Assembly (NCBI GenBank): GCA_045653405.1
Contig: JAZOLW010000066.1
Span: 1-33,318, forward strand
DNA length: 33,318 nucleotides
Direction of reading: 5' to 3'
Source: Eubacteriales bacterium
GTDB taxonomy: Bacteria > Bacillota > Clostridia > Oscillospirales > CAG-382
Part shown: piece after piece, positions 26,243 through 33,318 of the stretch
Numbering within the stretch: position 1 is the first letter of the stretch
Layout of the letters: every line of letters starts with the position of its first letter
The notes under the pieces: model-generated
Database searches by the model: none
Seen by the model: the letters and a program-made list of their open reading frames with translations, nothing else
What the model was told of the DNA's origin: nothing
Translations under genes and position numbers: made by a program

Positions 26243-26383
26243 AAAATCAGCCTCCGAATCATAAATAATAGTCAAAACTAAAAAGAAATTTTGTAAAAAC
26301 TTTAAATTTTTAAAATCCTCTTTATTATTTTTCCTATGTATGCTATACTTATACCAAAGGCTTAACGAAAGGATTGAATTTCA

Positions 26384-27691
26384 GTGGCACAGTACCGTGA
26401 TAGCGAAACGAATGCAAGAGAAAGAGCCATATATGAACAGCGCCGTCGCCGTGAAAAGCAGATGAGAAAAAAGAGAAGGGAAAAAATGATTGCTTATGCA
26501 TCAAGAATAGTACTTCTTGCCCTTATTTCATCAGTTTTGTTCGGTATAGTGCTTACTTGTGCTCTCGCTTATGACTTTTCCAGAACTCCGGAAAAATATG
26601 AATATACACTTGATATAACCCTTAACGGAGAAAAGGTTAAAGGCGGGTATAACATAAAGACATCAGACAATACCTGCTATGTGTCTCTCGGCAGTGTTGC
26701 CAAGCTTACAAACTGCAAAATTATGGGTGATGTAAATGTTATGTCGGCAGTTTTTGATGACAATAACTCTGTTTCATTTTATATCGACACACCAGTATAT
26801 TCAGTAAACGGAATTTCGAGAACTATGGATAAACCTTCGTTTTTCTCAGGCATTGACGGAGATGTGTATATACCCGTAGATTTCTTTAACGGCACTTTTG
26901 AAGGCATTGAACTTTCCGGTGAAAAGAAAGGAAACAGAATAGATTACACACTCAGCATAACAGACGGATTTGCTCCTGTGTTCGGTAATGTTTCACCGGT
27001 AAGCATTCCTGCTGAACTGAAGAATAACAGCAAGTTTATTGTTCCTGCTAACAAATTTGTTGCAGACCTTTCGGCATATGAAAAATATATGAATCCCGAA
27101 AACAGGGACGAATATATTACACTTATAAACACATCGCACCCTCTTGGTGAAAACTATATCCCCGATGACCTCATAGATATTTCCTATACAAGAAACGACA
27201 GAAAAGCAGTGCAGATGCGTGAATATGCCGCAAAAGCACTTGATGCTATGTTTATCGAGATGAAGGCAAACGGATTCACCGATGTGTCGGTTACAAGTGC
27301 GTATCGCTCATATGACTATCAGCAACAGCTTTTCAACAATTCCCTTAACACTTTTAAGCAGTCATATGACTACGATACAGCATATGCAAAAACAGCGGCA
27401 CAAATTGCAATTCCGGGAACAAGCGAGCATCAGAGCGGACTTTGTGCAGACCTGCATAACCTGCCGTCAGCATCCCAGCGTTTTGAAGCGGAGGAGGCAT
27501 ATAAGTGGCTTTATACCCACTGTGCAGACTTTGGCTTTATCTTGAGATTCCCAAAGGATAAGAGCGATATCACAGGCATAATATTCGAGCCGTGGCATTA
27601 CAGATATGTGGGAAGATACCACGCACAGAAGATAATGAAAAGCGGTTTGTGTCTTGAGGAATACTGTGAGCAGAATGGATTAGGAATGTAG
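26384..27691 (+). CDS. Membrane-anchored VanY-like (M15B) D,D/L,D-carboxypeptidase
   Basis: SAYRSYDYQ, PGTSEHQSGLCAD, EPWHYRYVG; basic N-terminus, TM helix and an intermediate beta-rich domain. Confidence 0.9.
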   Translation: MAQYRDSETNARERAIYEQRRRREKQMRKKRREKMIAYASRIVLLALISSVLFGIVLTCALAYDFSRTPEKYEYTLDITLNGEKVKGGYNIKTSDNTCYVSLGSVAKLTNCKIMGDVNVMSAVFDDNNSVSFYIDTPVYSVNGISRTMDKPSFFSGIDGDVYIPVDFFNGTFEGIELSGEKKGNRIDYTLSITDGFAPVFGNVSPVSIPAELKNNSKFIVPANKFVADLSAYEKYMNPENRDEYITLINTSHPLGENYIPDDLIDISYTRNDRKAVQMREYAAKALDAMFIEMKANGFTDVSVTSAYRSYDYQQQLFNNSLNTFKQSYDYDTAYAKTAAQIAIPGTSEHQSGLCADLHNLPSASQRFEAEEAYKWLYTHCADFGFILRFPKDKSDITGIIFEPWHYRYVGRYHAQKIMKSGLCLEEYCEQNGLGM

Positions 27692-27992
27692 TTGGTTCTT
27701 CGCTTTATGTTAGCATAAAAGACGGAAAATATTTGTCGCATTTTGAAAACTGTACCATAATTTCAGAAGCACACGCTTTTTCAAACGGGTGCTTCTGGTA
27801 AAAAGAAAACCCGCCATAGTTGAAATGGTAAAATACAAGGTAGACACATGGAAAACCACCATGTATCCACCTTGTTTCTTTATGTGTTAAAATATATGTG
27901 AGGTGAAGCGAAAATAAAAAAAGACAAAAGCAGCTAATAATAAATTTCTCATTTTTTTGGACTACTCAACATTGAATAGTCCAGCATTCCTT

Positions 27993-29207
27993 TTATTTAA
28001 TTTTCTCTGCCTCGGCCAGCATATTCTCAATAAATATCCCATATCCACGTGTTGGATCATTCACAAATACGTGTGTAACTGCTCCAACTAACTTCCCGTT
28101 TTGAACTATTGGGCTGCCACTCATTCCCTGAACAATTCCTCCTGTGAGTGAAAGAAGCTCAGAGTCTGTTATCTCCACAACAAAGCACTTTGTTCCATCT
28201 GAACGGCGGTCAACTTTGGACAACTCGACAGTGTATTCTTTGACACCTTTTCCGTCGGGATTTGAACGTATTGACGCTTGTCCTTCGGTCACTTCGTTTC
28301 GGGATGCAACGGGAAGGGAAGGAGGTAATCTGTCGGGTGCTCTGTCAAGTATGCCATACACACCTGCACGGGTATTTCCCGTAAGAGCTCCCTGCTTTTC
28401 GTAGGAGAATACACCTTTCAATTCTCCCGGCTGTCCCGGTTTTCCGGGTACCACTTCAGTAATATCCACATCTACAACAGTCCCCCTCAGAAGCGGCATA
28501 AGTTCTCCTGTGACAATGTCGCAAATCCCGTGCCCGAGACCCATAAAATATCCGTTTTCGGGGTTGTAGCAGGTTATTGTTCCGATACCTGCAGTGCTGT
28601 CGCGCACCCATATTCCTGTTTTGTATTTTTTATCGGTAACCGACATTACGGGATTCAGTTCGCATTCATATTCTTTTCCGTTTCTTGTGTATTGGATAAA
28701 CAAGGGCTTTCCAGAACATTCCTCAACAATTTCAGCAAGAGATTCCACTGTATTTACTTCTGTTCCGTTTACTTTGGTGATTATATCATTTTTGTATATT
28801 CCCGCTTTTTCCGCGGGACTTATGAATCCCTCGTTACTCTCGATTTCTGTAGTTCCTATTACTATTACACCCTTAGTAAAAAACTTGATTCCGAATACAT
28901 CTCCGACAGGGCAGAGTTTCAGATCGTGTACAACGTCAACGCTTACATTTTTTATGGGAATTGCACCGAAAAGCTTCGCTTTTGCAGTGTAGCTTCCTGC
29001 TTCAACTTGCTGCGCTACGCCCCAAACAGGGGAGGAGGACTCCCCGAAATATGTGAATTTATCGGGGATTGCCCGTGTTGCTGCACATACTACCGCAATA
29101 TATATTGCAGCAATGTAAACAGCACAGTTTTTTATTACTTTTCTGATTGTTGACCTTGTTTTATTATCGGTATTTTTCATTGTCTTTTCCATCCGTTTCT
29201 GTTGCAT
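27993..29207 (-). CDS. spoIVB: SpoIVB peptidase (S55, PDZ)
   Basis: WVRDSTAGIGT, LGHGICD, TGGIVQGMSGSP, GAVTHVFVNDPTRGYG; start may be 29192 or 29180. Confidence 0.95.
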   Translation of the reverse strand: MQQKRMEKTMKNTDNKTRSTIRKVIKNCAVYIAAIYIAVVCAATRAIPDKFTYFGESSSPVWGVAQQVEAGSYTAKAKLFGAIPIKNVSVDVVHDLKLCPVGDVFGIKFFTKGVIVIGTTEIESNEGFISPAEKAGIYKNDIITKVNGTEVNTVESLAEIVEECSGKPLFIQYTRNGKEYECELNPVMSVTDKKYKTGIWVRDSTAGIGTITCYNPENGYFMGLGHGICDIVTGELMPLLRGTVVDVDITEVVPGKPGQPGELKGVFSYEKQGALTGNTRAGVYGILDRAPDRLPPSLPVASRNEVTEGQASIRSNPDGKGVKEYTVELSKVDRRSDGTKCFVVEITDSELLSLTGGIVQGMSGSPIVQNGKLVGAVTHVFVNDPTRGYGIFIENMLAEAEKIK

Positions 29208-29341
29208 TTCCGCCTGCGTAAATTACGTCGGCGCTTTCCTTAAATAATATTTGATGTACGGTTAATTTGTATGTACCCCAAAAAATTAACGGAGTGACAG
29301 ATATTGTTTTTTTGACTTTTTAATAAAGACTTTTTCAGTAT

Positions 29342-29371
29342 TATTCTTGCCGCTGTTTCTGAAATAAATAC
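29342..29371 (-). promoter_or_regulatory. Candidate sigma-F/G promoter of spoIVB
   Basis: Minus strand GTATT-15 nt-GGCAAGAATA versus the sigma-F consensus GYWTA-15-GGNRANANTW; spoIVB is forespore-expressed in Bacillus subtilis. Confidence 0.55.
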
Positions 29372-29580
29372 TTATAAAACTTATATAAACCGTACTCACT
29401 GATATAATATCTTCCAAAATTGGTATATTTAAAATAAAATCTGGAATAGTGACCGTTATAATTGATGAAGTTATTTGAATTTTATTTCTGTCAAATAAAC
29501 TTGGATATGTCTCTGAAGTTGCGAAATCTCATCTCTTAAAAATGTTTTCATTTCTTTTCATAAAAAAGAAACCACGACAC

Positions 29581-29609
29581 TTGAATTCAAAAAGAAAAGG
29601 TGCTATAAT
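29581..29609 (+). promoter_or_regulatory. Sigma-A promoter of topB
   Basis: TTGAAT-17 nt-TATAAT with TGn. Confidence 0.75.
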
Positions 29610-29647
29610 TCTATAGTAACAATTTTTGCGAAGCAAAGGAGAAAACT

Positions 29648-31834
29648 ATGTCAAAAACAGTTGTACTTGCAGAAAAACCGTCAGTGGGCAGAGAACTTGC
29701 AAAGGTGCTTGGATGCAGAATTAAAGGTGACGGATGCTTAATTGGCGATAAGTATATCGTAACCTGGGCACTGGGACACCTTGTAACACTTGCAGACCCC
29801 GAACAGTACGATGAAAAGTATAAAAGATGGTCAATGGAAACACTCCCCATGCTTCCCGAAAAAACAGAACTGTGTGTGATTCCCGAAACAAAAAAGCAGT
29901 ATTCTGCAGTCAAAAAGCTTATAAAGGATAAAGAAACCGACTGCGTTGTAATTGCAACCGACGCAGGTCGCGAGGGTGAACTTGTAGCACGCTGGATTCT
30001 TGAAAAAGCAGGGTATAAAGGTGCTGTCAAAAGACTCTGGATTTCTTCCCAGACAGAAAAAGCTATAAAGGAAGGCTTTGCAAAGCTGAAAGACGGCAAA
30101 GAGTATGTAAATCTTGCCAATGCTGCAAAAGCAAGAGCAGAAGCTGACTGGCTTGTAGGACTTAACGTAACAAGAGCGCTGACCTGCCGTCATAACGCAC
30201 AGCTCTCAGCGGGACGTGTACAAACACCAACCCTTGCGTTGATTGTCAACCGTGAGCAGGAAATAAAGGACTTCAAATCCAAGGAATATTTCAATGTTCA
30301 CGCAGACTTCGGCACATTTTCCGCCCTGTGGAAAAACGATAAGAACCTCTCTGCCATCAGCGATATAAATAAGGCAAATGAACTGTGTGCAAAGGTAAAA
30401 GATAAAGATTTTAAGGTTGTGGAGGTTACCAAAACCCTTAAGAAAAAGCCGTCGCCTATGCTCTATGACCTGACAGAGCTCCAGAGAGATGCCAATAAGA
30501 TGTATAAGATGTCCCCCAAGGAAACTCTCAATATTATGCAGAGACTTTATGAATATCACAAGGCACTCACATACCCGAGAACCGACTCAAGATATCTTTC
30601 TGACGATATTGTTCCCACACTGCCCGAAAGACTTAAAGCAATGAGAACAGGCTCACTGTCAGCACCCGTAAATGACGTTATCCGTTCAGGCAGAAGCATT
30701 GCCAAAGCGTGTGTAAATAATGCAAAAGTGTCTGACCACCACGCAATTATTCCCACCGAACAAGCTCCCGACTTTTCTTCATTCTCAACAGACGAAAAGA
30801 AAATATATCTGCTTGTTGCGATGCGTTTTTTGTGCTGTTTCTGTGAGGACTATACCTATAATCAGGTAAAAGCAGTGCTGGAATGTAACGGAGAACGATT
30901 CTTTGCAACAGGAAATACCGTTGTCAATGAGGGCTGGAAAAAGATAAGTATTTCAAATGACGACGAGGACGACGAAGACAGCGCACCTGATGCATCGGAG
31001 CAGAAGAATCTGCCCGAAATGAAAAACGGCGATGTATATAAGTGCAAAAAGACAGTGATAAAATCACTCAAAACCTCACCGCCCTCAAGATATACCGAAG
31101 CATCTTTGCTCTCGGCAATGGAAAATCCCTCAAAATATATTACGGATAAGGCTATGAAGGAATACATAGGCGGAGGACTCGGTACACCTGCAACAAGAGC
31201 CGATATTATTGAAAAGCTGTACTCTACTTTTTATATTGAAAAGAAAGACAATGTGATTTATCCCACTGCGAAAGGAATGCAGATTATTAAAATTGTTCCT
31301 CCCGAACTGAAAGAGCCTCTGCTCACTGCAAAATGGGAAATGCGCCTTGAAGCAATTTCCAAGGGAAATGCAAAAAAAGACGAATTCATTGATGAAATGA
31401 AAAAGTATGCAGGCGACCTTGTAAAAACAGTTTCAAACAGTGATGTTCAGTATGTCCACGAAAATGTGACAAGAACTCCCTGTCCCGTGTGCGGAAAGTT
31501 TATGCTTGAAGTAAACGGCGAAAAAGGTAAGATGCTTGTGTGTCAGGACAGAGACTGCGGATACAGGGAGAGCCTTTCAATTACAACAAATGCAAGATGT
31601 CCCGAATGTCACAAAACACTTGAACTGCGCGGGAAAGATGATAAGCGTATATTTGTGTGCAAGTGCGGTTTCAAGCAGAAGTATGAGATTTTCTCCGCAC
31701 AGAAAAAAGAGAAGTCAAATACTGCAAATAAGCACTATGTAAATGCTTTCCTCAAAAATCAGAATAAGAAAGAAGAAAAGACTGAGAGTGCATTTGCGGC
31801 AGCACTTAAGGCGGCGCTTGAAGAAAAGAAATAA
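29648..31834 (+). CDS. topB: DNA topoisomerase III (type IA)
   Basis: AEKPSV, ATDAGREGE, SAGRVQTP, catalytic TYPRTDS, GLGTPATRA, C-terminal Zn ribbons. Confidence 0.95.
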   Translation: MSKTVVLAEKPSVGRELAKVLGCRIKGDGCLIGDKYIVTWALGHLVTLADPEQYDEKYKRWSMETLPMLPEKTELCVIPETKKQYSAVKKLIKDKETDCVVIATDAGREGELVARWILEKAGYKGAVKRLWISSQTEKAIKEGFAKLKDGKEYVNLANAAKARAEADWLVGLNVTRALTCRHNAQLSAGRVQTPTLALIVNREQEIKDFKSKEYFNVHADFGTFSALWKNDKNLSAISDINKANELCAKVKDKDFKVVEVTKTLKKKPSPMLYDLTELQRDANKMYKMSPKETLNIMQRLYEYHKALTYPRTDSRYLSDDIVPTLPERLKAMRTGSLSAPVNDVIRSGRSIAKACVNNAKVSDHHAIIPTEQAPDFSSFSTDEKKIYLLVAMRFLCCFCEDYTYNQVKAVLECNGERFFATGNTVVNEGWKKISISNDDEDDEDSAPDASEQKNLPEMKNGDVYKCKKTVIKSLKTSPPSRYTEASLLSAMENPSKYITDKAMKEYIGGGLGTPATRADIIEKLYSTFYIEKKDNVIYPTAKGMQIIKIVPPELKEPLLTAKWEMRLEAISKGNAKKDEFIDEMKKYAGDLVKTVSNSDVQYVHENVTRTPCPVCGKFMLEVNGEKGKMLVCQDRDCGYRESLSITTNARCPECHKTLELRGKDDKRIFVCKCGFKQKYEIFSAQKKEKSNTANKHYVNAFLKNQNKKEEKTESAFAAALKAALEEKK

Positions 31835-31860
31835 TTTAATATTTTAGTTTGCGAAAGTAC

Positions 31861-31889
31861 TTTACAAAACTAAAATAATTTGCTACAAT
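31861..31889 (+). promoter_or_regulatory. Sigma-A promoter of the yerC operon, overlapped by palindromic boxes
   Basis: TTTACA-17 nt-TACAAT with TGn. Confidence 0.7.
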
Positions 31890-31929
31890 AAAGTGATAAA
31901 GAATTATAACTTTGCAGGAAGTGATATAT

Positions 31930-32223
31930 ATGAACGAAAAGCTGAAAAGTCCCGACGTAAATAACCTGTTCAATGCAATACTTGCCCTTGAGAATATCGA
32001 GGAATGTTATGCATTATTTGAAGATTTGTGTACCGTTGCGGAAATCAAGGAAATGGCAAAAAGACTGAAAGCGGCAAAGATGCTGTCTGACGGAGCAAAG
32101 TACACTGAAATTTCCGAAATAACGGGGCTTTCAACTGCAACAATCAGCAGAGTAAACCGTTGCCTTAAGTACGGCTCTGACGGTTATGCAAAACTCCTTG
32201 AGAGGATAGAATATGAGCAGTGA
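31930..32223 (+). CDS. YerC/YecD family TrpR-related regulator
   Basis: ECYALFEDLCT, TGLSTATISRVNRCLKYGSDGY. Confidence 0.93.
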   Translation: MNEKLKSPDVNNLFNAILALENIEECYALFEDLCTVAEIKEMAKRLKAAKMLSDGAKYTEISEITGLSTATISRVNRCLKYGSDGYAKLLERIEYEQ

Positions 32224-32983
32224 GGGATACGGAAGATATCTGTCACAGACATATGACCTGCTGAATTCTGAAATAGACTACCGTGAGTGGGCAGATTTTT
32301 ACGAAAAGTGCTTTGAAAAATATGCAAAGACAAAAGTTAAAAATGTCTGCGAAATGGCGTGCGGCTCGGGAGAACTGGCTCTTGAACTCAAGAAAAGGGG
32401 ATATTCCGTTACTGCATTTGATTTGTCGGAGGATATGCTTACCTATGCCGACAAAAAAGCACAGGATAACGGTGTTACGGATATCAGATTCACAAAGCAG
32501 GATATGAGATCGTTCAAGGTTTATACCAGAGCGCAGGGTATAATCTGTATGCTGGACAGTATAAACTGCCTTGGCGATTCTGCAGCTGTACGGGATGCCT
32601 TTGAGAGCGCGAATGAAGCCCTTGATGACGGCGGAGTGTTTGTGTTTGATGTAAATTCAAAGCATAAATTTGAAAACGTGTACTCTGATAATGCCTATAT
32701 ACTTGAGGATGAGAGTGTTCTTCTTGCGTGGCAGAATTTCTATAACAAAAAGAGCAAGAAGTGCGACCTGTACCTCACATTCTTTCTTGAAGACGAGGAT
32801 GGCAGATATACAAGAGTGGATGAGCATATAAAGCAAAAGATGCATACAGTCAGAACTCTTGACAAACTGCTTGCAGAGGCAGGCTTTACCGTTGAAGCAC
32901 GTGTCGGCGGATTTGATTTCTGTGAAGCAGACGAGAACACCGACGACAGAATATATTATATTTGTACAAAATCAGAGCGCTGA
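32213..32983 (+). CDS. Class I SAM-dependent methyltransferase
   Basis: EMACGSG motif I, DLSEDML, QDMRSF, DSINCL, GGVFVFD. Confidence 0.9.
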   Translation: MSSEGYGRYLSQTYDLLNSEIDYREWADFYEKCFEKYAKTKVKNVCEMACGSGELALELKKRGYSVTAFDLSEDMLTYADKKAQDNGVTDIRFTKQDMRSFKVYTRAQGIICMLDSINCLGDSAAVRDAFESANEALDDGGVFVFDVNSKHKFENVYSDNAYILEDESVLLAWQNFYNKKSKKCDLYLTFFLEDEDGRYTRVDEHIKQKMHTVRTLDKLLAEAGFTVEARVGGFDFCEADENTDDRIYYICTKSER

Positions 32984-33028
32984 TGTTTTTGCATCTGCGC
33001 TTTGAAACGTATGACGAAAGGATAAACT

Positions 33029-33318
33029 ATGCTTGGCAATACAATAACCAGAGCAATGACAAAGTGCGGAAGCGCAAGAATTATTGTTATAAATTCAAAA
33101 GAAATGGTAAATGATGCCATAAATTATCATAATCTTTCACCTACAGCTGCGGCAGCTCTCGGAAGAACTCTTACCGCAGCATCTATGATTGGTGTAATGC
33201 TTAAAAATAAGCAGGATACTGTTACAGTGTCCTTCAACGGCGACGGTGTTTGCGGAAAGATTCTCGCAGTTTCCGATTATTACGGAAACACAAAGGGCTT
33301 TGTGCAGTACCCTCAGGC
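33029..33318 (+). CDS. hslO: Hsp33 chaperone (5' partial; runs off the window)
   Basis: My translation (not in the ORF track): MLGNTITRAM...HNLSPTAAAALGRTLTAASMIG...GDGVCGKILAVSD...KGFV; SD GAAAGGA. Confidence 0.9.
   Translation, partial: MLGNTITRAMTKCGSARIIVINSKEMVNDAINYHNLSPTAAAALGRTLTAASMIGVMLKNKQDTVTVSFNGDGVCGKILAVSDYYGNTKGFVQYPQ

Noticed and set aside
26384-27691. VanY-like gene as vancomycin resistance
   Set aside because: No vanHAX or vanRS nearby; M15B carboxypeptidases are housekeeping cell-wall enzymes.
27993-28143. Replaced spoIVB 3' end suggested by CCA/CAA/TTA codons
   Set aside because: Too few codons, TTA also occurs upstream in the gene, and there is no recombinase or duplicate 3' end in the window.
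29648-31834. topB as a conjugative-element marker
   Set aside because: Host-like codons, core neighbours, and no relaxase, T4SS or integrase.

Overview
About 33 kb of mostly core chromosome from a spore-forming Clostridia-type bacterium, judged from spoIVB, ctsR-mcsA-mcsB-clpC, the GGGtGRT pair and sigma-A promoters. Left to right: the end of a NifU-like gene and GGGtGRT; a three-gene microcompartment (BMC) operon (acylating aldehyde dehydrogenase, tandem BMC shell protein, PduL) with no signature enzyme; potABCD on the minus strand; an orphan ORF; a CitMHS/ArsB-NhaD permease; hup; rpiR-HI0933-cmk-plsC-ispH-rpsA; yqeG-nfo-like-pepP; efp and a CD1247-like gene; the ctsR operon; a small orphan; a VanY-like carboxypeptidase; spoIVB; topB; yerC-methyltransferase-hslO (partial). 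No tRNA, rRNA, CRISPR array, integrase or transposase was seen. The most unusual signal is non-coding. Two diverged copies of a ~540-580 bp element (4301-4844 and 9659-10237) have long inverted arms built from nested hairpins, with compensatory and arm-to-arm concerted changes around a conserved non-coding core. A 57-bp hairpin repeat that may be related brackets the BMC operon. Also notable: an ispH/rpsA junction split by a +1 frame offset with an internal promoter, and a candidate minus-strand sRNA downstream of spoIVB. All alignments and counts were done by eye.
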